A stretch of DNA of 64,000 nt from an uncultured Anaerolineales bacterium (GTDB lineage: Bacteria; Chloroflexota; Anaerolineae; CG2-30-64-16), in the NCBI GenBank assembly GCA_964474695.1, contig CAYYTK010000006.1, forward strand, positions 95,526 through 159,525, in the 5' to 3' direction. Shown in pieces: positions 25,050 through 34,546 of this stretch; positions within the stretch are counted from its first letter, which is position 1, and each line of letters opens with the position of its first letter. The position numbers and the translations under genes are program-made. Under the pieces are notes generated by a model, which was not told the origin of the DNA, did not search any database, and saw only the letters and a program-made list of their open reading frames with translations.

Positions 25050-28000
25050 TTACAACACCAGATGCGGCAGCGTCTCGGTCACGCCCTTCAGCAGCACCGC
25101 CATCTCGGCGGCGTCGCGCAGGGAGAGGGAACCGGTGAACGGGCCCTGGGCCGCCATCGCCTTGACCTCGAACGCCGGGGTCAGGGTGACGCGCGCCTCC
25201 GGGCACTCGTAGACCAGGTGGCCGTTCTCGCGCGCCAGGCTCGATTCGCGGCCCATGTCGCGGTGACGTATGATGCCATCCGTGATCCTGTAGGCGTTGT
25301 GGTTCTCGGCCAGAAAGTCCTTCTCGTTGAGGAACAACCGTGGCTTATCCAGCCAGGGCTGGCCGTGGTGCACGCAGAAGGTGGTGCAGTCACCGCACGC
25401 GTTGCAGAAGTCGTTGATGTTGACGATCTGCCGCTCCTGCCCGATGACGAAGCGTTCATAGCCGACAACGCGTAACGCAGATGGTTCAAGGATGCCAACT
25501 TTGGCCACATAGGCCAGCCGCGGCAGCATCACGTCCACGGGCCGCATCAGGAAGGTCTGATTCGCGCGGTTCGGGCAGACCTCGACGCACTTATCGCAGA
25601 AGGAGGTGCATTGCACACAGCGGGCTGCTTCGGTTTCCGCTTGCTCCCTGGTGAAGCTCAGGTCGATCAGGTCGAAGCTTTGGCGCAGCTCGATGGGCAG
25701 CATCTGGGTCTTCACCTGCGGCGCCTTGCGTGCCCGCACGTGCTTGGTCTTCACGATCTCTTCGGCGGAAAGCCTCGGCTTACCGGCCAGCGGTTGGCTG
25801 AACGGGAGGCCGAACTGCCAGCAGATCGACTCGGCCGCGCGGCGGCCGCCGGCGCATGCCGCGATGATGCTCTCCGGGCCGGCCTCGGCCGCGTCGCCGC
25901 CCGCATACACGCCGGGCACTCCGGTGCCGCCGCTGGCATGCTCGATCGCGATGCCGCCATCGCTGCACACCGTCACCAGGCTGCCGTCCAGGAGCCGGAA
26001 GTCGGGGTTTTGCCCCACGGCCACGATGACGGTGTCACACGGGATCTGGAACTCGCTGCCGGGGATAACCACCGGCTTGCGGCGGCCATCTGGCCCGGGC
26101 TCGCCCAGTTTATTGCGGGTGCACTCCAGCGCCACGACTTTGCCAGTCTCATCCCGCACCACGCGGGCCGGCGAAGTGAGTTCCAGCAACTCGTTGCCCT
26201 CTTCCAGCGCACCTTCGATCTCCTCCAGGCTGGCCGGCATCTCCTGGCGGGTGCGGCGATAGACGATCGTGGTGGGGTTCCCGGTGAGACGCTGCGAGGT
26301 GCGCACCGCGTCCATAGCGGTGTCGCCGCCTCCGATCACCAGCGCCTTCTTGCCCAGGTCGGGCCGCTCCCCGCGGCGGGCGCGATCGAGCAGGTTAAGC
26401 GCCGCGTACACGCCCGGGCCTTCGACGCCGGGGACGCGCAGCGGGGTGTCGCGTTGGAAACCCACCGCCACGTATACCGCATCGAAGCCCTGCTCGAGCA
26501 GCTTCTCCGGCGCCCCGGTGATGGGATGGTTCAGTTCGAGCTTCACACCCATCTTCAGGATGCGGTCGACGTCGCGCTGGATCGTGTCCCACGGCAGCCG
26601 GAACACCGGCACCATGCGCATCATGCCGGCGATGACGTCCTTGGCCTCGAAGATGGTCACATCGACGCCGTTCAGCGCCAGGTAGAACGCGGCCGACCAG
26701 CCGGATGGCCCGGAGCCGATCACCGCCACCTTCTTGCCCACCTTGTCTTGGGGGATCAGTGGCGCGACCGTGCCGTTCTCCTCGGCGTAGCGCTTCAACG
26801 CGCGGATCGCGACCGTTTCCTCGTAATCGTTGCGCACGCAGCGGGTCTGGCACAGGTGGTTGCACACGTAGCCGGTGACGCCGGGCAGCGGATTGCGGGC
26901 CAGGATGACCTCCAGCGCCTTGTCCGGGTCGCCTTCCTTGATCCACCAGTTGTACTCCGGCACATCCTGGCACACCGCGCACTGCTCCATACACGGCGCG
27001 GTGATGCAGTCCCACAGCCCCAGCCCCGACTTCACCTTGGGCAAGCCGTAGGGCACGTATTCTTTTTTCCACCGGTGATCAGTCAACGCGGCCGCGGCGG
27101 CTGCCTTGACATTATCGAGTTTGTTGGCGGAAAACTCAGCCAGGTCCTTTGCGCCTGCGGCTGCCATTGCGGCGCCCAGGTTCTCCAGCCACTGGCCGAA
27201 CCGGGCGTAGCCGCCGGGTTTCAGCAGGTCAGAGCAGGCGGTGATAGGCACCGGGCCGCACGATGCGATCGTGGCGATGTTCAACGCATCCGCGCCGGCC
27301 GAGTAGGAAACGCGCAGGTTTCCGTTGAACTCGTGGGCCAGTTTGTTGAACAGGTTCATGGTGACGGGGTAGAGCGCGCGGCCCGACATATACATCTCAT
27401 CGCCCGGCATCACCTGTTTGTGGTTGTGCATGGCCAGGGTGTTGCTCAGCTTCACGCCGAAGGCCAGCCCCTCCTGCGCCGCGACCTTCTGCATCCGGCC
27501 GATCAGCCCGACTGCCTTATCGTAGGCAATGTCGTGCTCGAACACCGAATCAGGGATGTAAATCTCATGGAAACCGAGCGCGTTATGCAGGATGTCGAGC
27601 ACCCGGTCTTTGCCCAAGAGCGTCGGGTTCATCTTAACAATAGTGTGCAGCCTGCGCTCGGTCAGCAGATACTCCGCGATGCGCTCGATCTCGTCAGGCG
27701 GGCAGCCGTGCATGGTGGAGAGGGTGATGCTGTTGGCGATTTGGTCGGGAATCTCGATATCGGAAAACTGTGGGAAGTCGCGGCGCAGGATGGCCTTGAT
27801 CTGGGCTACTTCCTCAGTCGCGTCCTCCATCTTTCTCATGAAGGTCTGCACCCGCGGGCTCTGAATCCCCTCCAGGTTATAGCCAACGCTCATATCGAAG
27901 ATGGTGCCCACCGGCGCGACGCCCTCCCAGCCTAACAGCCGGGGCAGGATATGCACCAGGGCCCACGCCACCACATATTCGTGCGCGGACTCTTCCAGCT

Positions 28001-28349
28001 TCAGCTCTTGCGACCACTCGACGTTGTACCCCTCGTCCTCCATGTCGATGCACGGCCGGGGGATTTCCAGCTCGTCGAGGATCTGCACCGTCTTCAGCTC
28101 GATGAAGCGGCCGCCACAGAGCCAGGCAGAGATGATGTTTTGGCTGAGCTGCGTGTGCGGGCCGGCCGACGGACCGATGGGCGTGGCCAGGTGCTTGCCA
28201 TAAACGTCAGGAACCGCGACGGGGGCGTCGGCCTTGGGGGTGTAGAAGAGCGACTTGTGGATTCCGAAGATGGATTGCGTCGCCTCAAATTCCTTCAGAA
28301 TCCGACGCAATTGGACGGCGAAAGGTTGGATCATCAAGTAGTCGGACAT
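25050..28349 (-). CDS. ygfK: YgfK-like Fe-S flavoprotein (glutamate-synthase-small-chain / dihydropyrimidine-dehydrogenase-like)
   Basis: 1099 aa. FAD/NAD(P) dinucleotide folds (VAVIGSGPSGWSAAFYLA; ALVIGGGDTAMD). DPD-like TIM barrel region. C-terminal 4Fe-4S clusters (CVQCTSFCDKCVEVCP; CNACGDCTTFCV). AGGAGA RBS. Confidence 0.8.
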   Translation of the reverse strand: MSDYLMIQPFAVQLRRILKEFEATQSIFGIHKSLFYTPKADAPVAVPDVYGKHLATPIGPSAGPHTQLSQNIISAWLCGGRFIELKTVQILDELEIPRPCIDMEDEGYNVEWSQELKLEESAHEYVVAWALVHILPRLLGWEGVAPVGTIFDMSVGYNLEGIQSPRVQTFMRKMEDATEEVAQIKAILRRDFPQFSDIEIPDQIANSITLSTMHGCPPDEIERIAEYLLTERRLHTIVKMNPTLLGKDRVLDILHNALGFHEIYIPDSVFEHDIAYDKAVGLIGRMQKVAAQEGLAFGVKLSNTLAMHNHKQVMPGDEMYMSGRALYPVTMNLFNKLAHEFNGNLRVSYSAGADALNIATIASCGPVPITACSDLLKPGGYARFGQWLENLGAAMAAAGAKDLAEFSANKLDNVKAAAAAALTDHRWKKEYVPYGLPKVKSGLGLWDCITAPCMEQCAVCQDVPEYNWWIKEGDPDKALEVILARNPLPGVTGYVCNHLCQTRCVRNDYEETVAIRALKRYAEENGTVAPLIPQDKVGKKVAVIGSGPSGWSAAFYLALNGVDVTIFEAKDVIAGMMRMVPVFRLPWDTIQRDVDRILKMGVKLELNHPITGAPEKLLEQGFDAVYVAVGFQRDTPLRVPGVEGPGVYAALNLLDRARRGERPDLGKKALVIGGGDTAMDAVRTSQRLTGNPTTIVYRRTRQEMPASLEEIEGALEEGNELLELTSPARVVRDETGKVVALECTRNKLGEPGPDGRRKPVVIPGSEFQIPCDTVIVAVGQNPDFRLLDGSLVTVCSDGGIAIEHASGGTGVPGVYAGGDAAEAGPESIIAACAGGRRAAESICWQFGLPFSQPLAGKPRLSAEEIVKTKHVRARKAPQVKTQMLPIELRQSFDLIDLSFTREQAETEAARCVQCTSFCDKCVEVCPNRANQTFLMRPVDVMLPRLAYVAKVGILEPSALRVVGYERFVIGQERQIVNINDFCNACGDCTTFCVHHGQPWLDKPRLFLNEKDFLAENHNAYRITDGIIRHRDMGRESSLARENGHLVYECPEARVTLTPAFEVKAMAAQGPFTGSLSLRDAAEMAVLLKGVTETLPHLVL

Positions 28350-28359
28350 GGGCTATCTC

Positions 28360-29220
28360 CTAAATAGCGTTCAGCCAGTTCACCATATAGGCCAATACCT
28401 CAGCCTTCTCGGGCTCATTGTGCGTCTCGTGGTAGAACCCCTCCCACAGCTTGAGTGTACACTTGTCGCCCGGCGCCTTGGCGGCGAATTCCTCCGAAGC
28501 CTTGGCTGATGTGAGTGCATCTTTAGTGCCGTGGACCAGTAAGAGCGGCAAGGTAAACTCGGGGGCGTGTGCTATCGCCCACTCGCCGGCATCCAGCATG
28601 CCGGTCGCCAGGCGCACTGAGATCCTGTCGTGGACGAGCGGATCGCTGGTGTAAGCGCGAATTACCTCTGGATCGCGTGCCAGCCCGTCGAGCGCCAGGC
28701 CGTTCGCCATCTGCACGCCAGGATAAAGCCGGTTCATTATCTTTGCCAGGGCCACCTGTAGCGGCGGCAGTGGATTCGTTACGCGCAGGCCAGGGCTGGT
28801 GGCGACCACGCCGGCGATCGTTGGCTTTCGGCGGAGGGCATAATTCAGAACCAGGTTGCCGCCCAGGCTGTGCCCATACAGGAAACGCGGCAGGCCGGGG
28901 TAGCGCGCTGCCGCCTCATCCAGTAAGCGGCCGATATCATCCATGAGCGCGTCATACGTCGGCGTATGGCCGCGCGGCCCGCCCGATTTGCCGTGCCCGC
29001 GCAAATCGAAACCCAGCAGCGCGTAGCCGGCGTCGTTCAGCGTCGCGGCAACGTGTGCATAACGCCCCGTGTGCTCACCCAGGCCATGCACCAGGCAGAC
29101 CACTGCCCTCGGCGAAGCATCCGGCTCCCAACCTTGAAAATAGAACGTGTGATTATCCGGGGATTGCGACGCTGGCGATTGCGCCAACGGCGATGCCTTG
29201 CTGAATTCGATGCGCTGCAT
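28360..29220 (-). CDS. alpha/beta hydrolase (lysophospholipase/monoacylglycerol-lipase-like)
   Basis: HGLGEH oxyanion region and GHSLGG nucleophile elbow. AAGGAG RBS. Confidence 0.75.
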   Translation of the reverse strand: MQRIEFSKASPLAQSPASQSPDNHTFYFQGWEPDASPRAVVCLVHGLGEHTGRYAHVAATLNDAGYALLGFDLRGHGKSGGPRGHTPTYDALMDDIGRLLDEAAARYPGLPRFLYGHSLGGNLVLNYALRRKPTIAGVVATSPGLRVTNPLPPLQVALAKIMNRLYPGVQMANGLALDGLARDPEVIRAYTSDPLVHDRISVRLATGMLDAGEWAIAHAPEFTLPLLLVHGTKDALTSAKASEEFAAKAPGDKCTLKLWEGFYHETHNEPEKAEVLAYMVNWLNAI

Positions 29221-29243
29221 CGGACAGCTCCTTGTTTGGAGGG

Positions 29244-29386
29244 TGGTAGACTGGTAACTTGGTACGTTGGTAGATTGGTGCTTGGTAGATTGGTAGGTGG
29301 TGTATTAGTTGCAGGTTCTCCGAGGCCCAGTTTCCCAACCTACCAATCTACCAATTTGCCAGTTCACCAGGTTACCAATCTACCAG
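29244..29386. repeat. family-B array: GGTAGATTGG-type units (left) facing CTACCAATC-type units (right) in a composite inverted repeat
   Basis: Read directly. Intergenic between the PLP-enzyme stop and the hydrolase start. The ORF-track entry 29153..29338 merely translates it. Confidence 0.85.
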
Positions 29387-29389
29387 TGC

Positions 29390-30850
29390 CTACAGCAGCC
29401 CAACCTTTGCGTTGAACTCCTCGATCAGTGCATCGATTTCGTCAACCTGGCCGTGCACGCCGGTCCAGTAATCCTTCTTGTACCACTGATCCTGGATCTC
29501 GGCATAGGTTCTGCCCTGCTGTTCCACCCAGGTGTAGTACTTCAGGTTGTGGACGCGTTTGCGAGCCGGATAGCTCAGCTCTTCAACGTAGTCGGTGCTG
29601 AGGCCCAGGATGTGCTGGTGGTAGGCGGCGGCCGCGTCGCGAGCCGTAAACTCGCCGCGTTCCGCAGTCAGTTCGGCCAGTCGCGAGCCGTACAGCTCCA
29701 TCGAGTCGGTCAGCAGCGTAACGACGACATCCCCCTCGCCCCACTCGTACCACTTCGCCATCTTGATGGCCGATGCGATATTCGCTGCGCCGGAGATGCC
29801 GATCAGGTCGAGTTGCTCGACCAAGGCTTCGGGCACACCCTGCTCGACCAGGTACTTGCGGCCTTCCGGCTCGTTGAACAGGCGAATCATCTGCATCGGT
29901 ACTTCGTCGTCGATGGCCATCACCATGTCGGTGTTCTTGACGTTATGGATCCACGGCACGTGCTTGTCGCCGATGCCCTCGATGCGGTGCGCGCCGAAGC
30001 CGTTGCTGAGCAGGGTGGGACACTGTAACGCCTCGCTGGCCGCGATCTTGCTCTGCGGGAACAGCTCCTTGAGGCGATCCCCTGCATTGATCGTGCCCGC
30101 CGAACCGGTAGTGAAGACCGAGCCGCGCAGGGTCTCGCCGGGCCGCAGCTCCTTCTCCAACACCTCGGCAAACGCGTTGCCGGTGATGGCGTGATGCCAC
30201 AGGACGTTGCCGAACTCCTCGAACTGGTTGAAGATCATCAGGTCTTGGCCCGAGCGCCGCAGCTCCCAGCACTTGTCGAAGATCTCCTTGACGTTGCTCT
30301 CGGTGCCGGGCGTGGCGATGACCTCGCCCGCGACCTTGCTCAACCACTCGAAGCGTTCCTTGCTCATCCCTTCAGGCAGGATCGCGATGGACTGGCAGGC
30401 CAGCAGCGCAGAGTCGTATGCGCCACCGCGGCAGTAGTTGCCGGTGGAGGGCCATACGGCTTTCTGGGTGGTCGGGTCGAACTGGCCGGTCACCAGACGG
30501 GGGACCAGGCAGCCGAACGCCGCCCCGACCTTGTGCGCGCCGGTGGGGAACCACTTGCCCACCAGCACCAGGATGCGTGCGTCCACACCGGTGAGCGCCT
30601 TTGGCAGCTCCAGGTAGTTGACGCCGCCGAACCCACCGCCCTTAGCCACCGGTTCATTTTTCCAGGTGATGCGGAACAGGTTCAATGGGTTGAGGTCCCA
30701 CAGGCCGACGTTCTTCAGGCCCGCATTGATCTTGGCGGGAGCCGAAGCCGGGTTTTGCATCTGCTTGAAGGTCGGCACGATGATATTGCGCTCGCGCGCC
30801 CGCTTAACGGTGCGTTCGAGGCGGTCAGGATGGATGGTGAGGTCGATCAT
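29390..30850 (-). CDS. fold-type-II PLP-dependent enzyme, tryptophan-synthase-beta-like (possible C-N lyase; YgeX-analogous?)
   Basis: TGAHKVGAAFG lysine motif (compare TrpB HTGAHKINN; DAP ammonia-lyase NAFKMLGGAYA). 486 aa from MIDLTIHPDR. RBS GGAGAT. Confidence 0.65.
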   Translation of the reverse strand: MIDLTIHPDRLERTVKRARERNIIVPTFKQMQNPASAPAKINAGLKNVGLWDLNPLNLFRITWKNEPVAKGGGFGGVNYLELPKALTGVDARILVLVGKWFPTGAHKVGAAFGCLVPRLVTGQFDPTTQKAVWPSTGNYCRGGAYDSALLACQSIAILPEGMSKERFEWLSKVAGEVIATPGTESNVKEIFDKCWELRRSGQDLMIFNQFEEFGNVLWHHAITGNAFAEVLEKELRPGETLRGSVFTTGSAGTINAGDRLKELFPQSKIAASEALQCPTLLSNGFGAHRIEGIGDKHVPWIHNVKNTDMVMAIDDEVPMQMIRLFNEPEGRKYLVEQGVPEALVEQLDLIGISGAANIASAIKMAKWYEWGEGDVVVTLLTDSMELYGSRLAELTAERGEFTARDAAAAYHQHILGLSTDYVEELSYPARKRVHNLKYYTWVEQQGRTYAEIQDQWYKKDYWTGVHGQVDEIDALIEEFNAKVGLL

Positions 30851-30948
30851 GTTTATATCTCCGTAGAAGGATGGCCAGCAGTGAGTGCTCAGTGACGAGT
30901 AACCGAGCACTCATCTGACTTTTCTGTGTATCTAGATGCGCGACGCGG

Positions 30949-32277
30949 CTATTTGCCGAGTACGCGCTTCACATCAGCCAGGTCTTTGTCCACGATCGCC
31001 GGCTCGCCCACGCTCTTGCGGGCCGAGGCGATATCCTTGAGCCCGTTGCCGGTGGAGAGGACAACGATGCGCTCTTCGGGATCTACCAGGCCGTCTGCTA
31101 CTGCCTTGACCAACCCGGCATAGGCGGCCGCTCCGGCCGGCTCGGCAAAGACGCCGCTGCCGCGGGCCAGGGTTGGGATTGCGGCCAGGATTTCCTCGTC
31201 GGTCACCTTGATGTAGGCGCCGTTTGTCTCGCGCACCGCTGCCAGCCCCTTGATGCGGTCCGCAGGCAGGCCGGCCGAGATGCTGTCTGCGATCGTGTGG
31301 GCGTCGATGGGCTTCATCTCCGTGGCGCGGATGCCCGTCCGCCACGCGTCATATAGCGCGGCTGATCCCGCGGCCTGCACGCCCATGAGCTTCGGCATCT
31401 TTTTGATCCAGCCCAAGGCCATGAGGTCTCTCAGGCCTTTGTGCAGCCCGCCGATGATGCAGCCGTCGCCCACGCTCACGAAGATGCGGTCCGGCGCATC
31501 CCACTGTAGGGGCGGGTTTTGAGACACATCGCGCTGCGGCTTTTCGGCGCCGATCAAACCCACCCCTACCTGCGCGGATTGCGATCCGATCGAAATCTGT
31601 TCGCAAATCTCATATGCGGCAGTCTTCTTCCCCTCGCTCATGTAGGGGTTATAGCCGGTGTTGCGGTTGTACCAGCCGAACTCCTTGGCCGCCTCGGCGC
31701 AGAGCTCGAAGGCATCGTCGTAGGTGCCGCGCACCAGGATCACGGTGCTGCCGTACACCAGCAGTTGGGCGACCTTGGCCGGCGGCGCCGATTCGGGTAC
31801 GAAGATGACGTTCTTTTGGCCCACGCTGGCGCACTGCACCGAGAGCGCAGCCCCGGCATTTCCCGTGCTGGAGGTGGTGATGATCTCGGCCCCGCGTTCT
31901 TGCGCCTTGACTACTGCAATCACGCTGGCGCGATCCTTGAACGATGCGCTGGGCTGCCGGCCTTCATCCTTGACCCAGACGTTTTGCAGGCCCAGGCCGG
32001 CCGCTAAACGATCGGCGCGGTACATCGGCGTCCACCCAACCGTCAGCGGCGGCGTCGGGCTGTCAGCCTTGACCGGCAGCAAGGGCTTGTAGCGCCAGAT
32101 GGTGGCATCGCGATCCTGGGCCAATGAGGCGGGGCTGATGCGCTGCCGGATCCGCTCGTAATCGTACTGCACATCTACGATGCCATCGTCGCCGTGATGG
32201 GGGCAAACATATTCGATCTCATCCGGCCGATACTCCGCGCCGCAGATGAGGCACTTGAGGGATTTTACGTGATCCAT
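30949..32277 (-). CDS. threonine-synthase-like PLP enzyme with N-terminal zinc ribbon
   Basis: CLICGAEY...CPHHGD Zn ribbon. SFKDRASV PLP-lysine motif. Gly-rich TSSTGNAG loop. AGGAGG RBS upstream of ATG 32277. Confidence 0.75.
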   Translation of the reverse strand: MDHVKSLKCLICGAEYRPDEIEYVCPHHGDDGIVDVQYDYERIRQRISPASLAQDRDATIWRYKPLLPVKADSPTPPLTVGWTPMYRADRLAAGLGLQNVWVKDEGRQPSASFKDRASVIAVVKAQERGAEIITTSSTGNAGAALSVQCASVGQKNVIFVPESAPPAKVAQLLVYGSTVILVRGTYDDAFELCAEAAKEFGWYNRNTGYNPYMSEGKKTAAYEICEQISIGSQSAQVGVGLIGAEKPQRDVSQNPPLQWDAPDRIFVSVGDGCIIGGLHKGLRDLMALGWIKKMPKLMGVQAAGSAALYDAWRTGIRATEMKPIDAHTIADSISAGLPADRIKGLAAVRETNGAYIKVTDEEILAAIPTLARGSGVFAEPAGAAAYAGLVKAVADGLVDPEERIVVLSTGNGLKDIASARKSVGEPAIVDKDLADVKRVLGK

Positions 32278-32278
32278 G

Positions 32279-32950
32279 CTACCTGTCTCCCTCCTCCTTT
32301 CGATATCGTTCCGCGATCTCCCGGATTTGCACCAGGTGCTCGCGCTCGTGCTCCAGCGCGCGTCGGGCAACCTTGCGAGGGGTCCACTCCTCGCCAGAGT
32401 GCACCGTCACCCGGCCCCGAGTGTCGTCGCTCAGGGCGCGCAAGCTGTCGGTGAGCAGGCTGCGTGTGGCGGTCAGGCGTTCAAAGAGGTCACCGGGCCA
32501 CTGCTTCAGGCGCTGGACGTACCACCAGTCTGCGTTGCCGATATGGCTCAGGATCTCGCGGATCGAATAAATATTCGGGTTGGGTTTCCAATCCAGCGCG
32601 GCCGGCGGCAGCTTCGAGACAGCCTCCAGCAGCTCATCCCGGCTGATCTCGAGCCACTGCGCCAACTGCTCAGCTTCGTTGGGCATCAGGGGATTGGTGT
32701 CGGATGGGAAGATCGAGCCGGCGCATTCTCGGACATCCAACTCGATCTTATCAGTCTCGCGCGGCACGCCGCTCACGCCTGCGTGGATCAGGAGCGCAAG
32801 GTAGGCCCTCAACGTCTCCTGACAGCGCGCGACTGCCTCTTTCTTGGTGATCCCTCTGCCGACGCACCCCGGAATGGCCGGGATGTGCGCCAGATAACCG
32901 CCCTCTTGGAGGGTCTCGGCGTCGCATTCCAGGTAGACGACATATTTCAT
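32279..32950 (-). CDS. HicB-like (UPF0150) N-terminal domain fused to a DinB/YfiT-like C-terminal domain
   Basis: MKYVVYLECDAETLQEGGYLAHIPAIPGCVGRGITKKEA is the HicB antitoxin fold. C-terminal W/H-rich DinB_2-like segment (HIGNADWWY...HEREH). GGAGGTG RBS. Confidence 0.5.
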   Translation of the reverse strand: MKYVVYLECDAETLQEGGYLAHIPAIPGCVGRGITKKEAVARCQETLRAYLALLIHAGVSGVPRETDKIELDVRECAGSIFPSDTNPLMPNEAEQLAQWLEISRDELLEAVSKLPPAALDWKPNPNIYSIREILSHIGNADWWYVQRLKQWPGDLFERLTATRSLLTDSLRALSDDTRGRVTVHSGEEWTPRKVARRALEHEREHLVQIREIAERYRKEEGDR

Positions 32951-32987
32951 GTCTGCACCTCCGCGCTGAGGACGCAAAAGCGGAGCT

Positions 32988-33014
32988 GCCGGCCGCTAGA
33001 ACCTAGCGGCCGGC
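32988..33014 (-). terminator. 12-bp perfect stem (GCCGGCCGCTAG-AAC-CTAGCGGCCGGC) downstream of the carbamate kinase gene
   Basis: On the minus strand it is followed by AGCTCCGCTTTTG. Possible attenuating terminator between arcC and the next gene. Confidence 0.35.
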
Positions 33015-33029
33015 CTGCCATTTCTAACT

Positions 33030-33998
33030 TCAATCGGGCACGATGTGCGTGCCGGTCTCCCCGCGCAGCGCGCGGCCGATGTTCTCCGGGTTGGTGATGA
33101 TCGCGTGTTTGCCGCCGTTCTCCAGATACCAGATGATCGCCTGGATCTTCGGCGCCATTGAGCCTTTAGCGAAGTGCTTGCCCTCGGCCAGATATTGCTT
33201 CGCCTCGGCGAGGGTCAGGCGATCCAGCCATTGCTGATCCGGCTTGCCGAAATTGATCGCGACCTTCTCGACGGCGGTGGAGATCAGGAACAAGTCGGCA
33301 TTGACGCTCTGCGCCAGCAGGCTGGACGCGTAGTCCTTGTCGATCACCGCGGCCGTGCCCTGGTAGTTGCCGGTGCCGGGATCGATGACCGGGATGCCGC
33401 CGCCGCCGACCGTAATGACCACGACGCCCGCCTTCAGCAGCGCCTTCACGGTGTCTAGCTCAACCACCTCTTTCGGCAGCGGGGATGCCACCACGCGGCG
33501 CCAACCGCGGCCTGCATCCTCGACCACCGACCAGTTCATCTCTGCCTCGCGGCGTTTGGCTTCCGCTTCGCCCATGAAGCCGCCAATCGGTTTCGTGGGA
33601 TTCTTGAACGCCGGATCGTTGCGATCCACCAATACCTGGGTGATGACCGTCGCGACGTTCTTGTTGATCTTGCGCTCGAACAGCCAGTTCTGCAGGGTCT
33701 GTTGGAGCGCATAACCGATGGCGCCCTGGCTGTCCGCACCGCAGACGTCCAGCGGCACCTCGTGCATTCCTTCAACCTTGGCCGCGATCTCGGAGCGGCG
33801 CAGGATGAAGCCGACCTGCGGCCCATTGCCGTGGCCGATGGCGACATCCCACCCCGCTTCGATCATGTCGGCGATGTGGAATGTGGTCTCCTTTGAGGCA
33901 TTATACTGGTCTTCGACCGATTGATGCTTGGCGTCCGAAATCAGTGAATTGCCGCCGATAGCGACGACTGCGACTTTACGGGAAGTGGTTTGGGTCAT
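33030..33998 (-). CDS. arcC: carbamate kinase
   Basis: VVAIGGNSL...HGNGPQVG carbamate-kinase N-terminal signature. ATG 33998 has an AAGGAG RBS. The ORF-track N-terminal extension is translated family-B repeat. Confidence 0.85.
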   Translation of the reverse strand: MTQTTSRKVAVVAIGGNSLISDAKHQSVEDQYNASKETTFHIADMIEAGWDVAIGHGNGPQVGFILRRSEIAAKVEGMHEVPLDVCGADSQGAIGYALQQTLQNWLFERKINKNVATVITQVLVDRNDPAFKNPTKPIGGFMGEAEAKRREAEMNWSVVEDAGRGWRRVVASPLPKEVVELDTVKALLKAGVVVITVGGGGIPVIDPGTGNYQGTAAVIDKDYASSLLAQSVNADLFLISTAVEKVAINFGKPDQQWLDRLTLAEAKQYLAEGKHFAKGSMAPKIQAIIWYLENGGKHAIITNPENIGRALRGETGTHIVPD

Positions 33999-34017
33999 AT
34001 ATGTGCTCCTTCGGAAG

Positions 34018-34052
34018 GGTAGATTGGTAGATTGGTAAGTTGGCAAATTGGG
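34018..34052. repeat. family-B units (GGTAGATTGGTAGATTGGTAAGTTGG)
   Basis: Lies between the arcC start and the four-helix-bundle gene stop. Confidence 0.85.
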
Positions 34053-34059
34053 ATATGGG

Positions 34060-34524
34060 TCATGTCTCATCAGCGCCGATTGGGAAAGGCGTGATTTCGT
34101 AGAGTGGCCCTTCTTCATGCACGGCGACACGGTCACCATATTCCTGGCGGCCCTGTTGCTGGCCGCGCACATAGCGAATGTAGCCATTCAGTGACCGCAA
34201 GGCGCTATGGCAGAGCTGGCGTTGGGCAGGCAGCTCGCCCTTGGTGTAACCGAGAACATCACAAGCGATGAACTGGCTCAGCGTTTCCTCGAGCGATCCG
34301 CGGGCGATATAAAAGAAACGGAGGCAGTCGAGGTAGTGATAACGTCCGTAACCTTCAGCGATGTTGAATCCTACGCTGGTGGATGCCTTCCGCATCTGCA
34401 GCCCCAGGTTGTACTTCTCCTCAGGCGGCAACGTCTGTATCACCCGATAGGCCGCGCGCATCACCTGGAGCGCCAACTGATAGCACTCCAGATCCTCGAA
34501 CCCCCGCTGCTCCTTTTGTTCCAT
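34060..34524 (-). CDS. four-helix-bundle protein of the '23S rRNA intervening-sequence protein' family
   Basis: ECYQLALQV...FNIAEGYGR...ARGSL.E motif pattern typical of that family; about 150 aa. Confidence 0.65.
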   Translation of the reverse strand: MEQKEQRGFEDLECYQLALQVMRAAYRVIQTLPPEEKYNLGLQMRKASTSVGFNIAEGYGRYHYLDCLRFFYIARGSLEETLSQFIACDVLGYTKGELPAQRQLCHSALRSLNGYIRYVRGQQQGRQEYGDRVAVHEEGPLYEITPFPIGADET

Positions 34525-34546
34525 TGACGCCCCAATCCACCACTCG

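Noticed and set aside
25611-27935. Long antisense ORFs opposite real genes (for example 25611..27935 + 774 aa, 50986..53157 + 723 aa, 23535..25475 + 646 aa, 12504..13631 + 375 aa, 1098..1892 - 264 aa).
   Set aside because: Arg/Ala/Gly-rich low-complexity translations with no motifs, lying exactly opposite strongly supported genes (ygfK, PFOR, ssnA, yqeC-mocA). These are typical high-GC shadow ORFs.
29153-29338. ORF-track entries 29153..29338 (-) and 34583..34792 (+) with YQSTNLP / PIYQ repeats.
   Set aside because: They are simply translations of the TACCAATC arrays with no independent coding signal. The N-terminal extensions of arcC (33999-34187) and the ABC ATPase (57240-57308) are rejected for the same reason.
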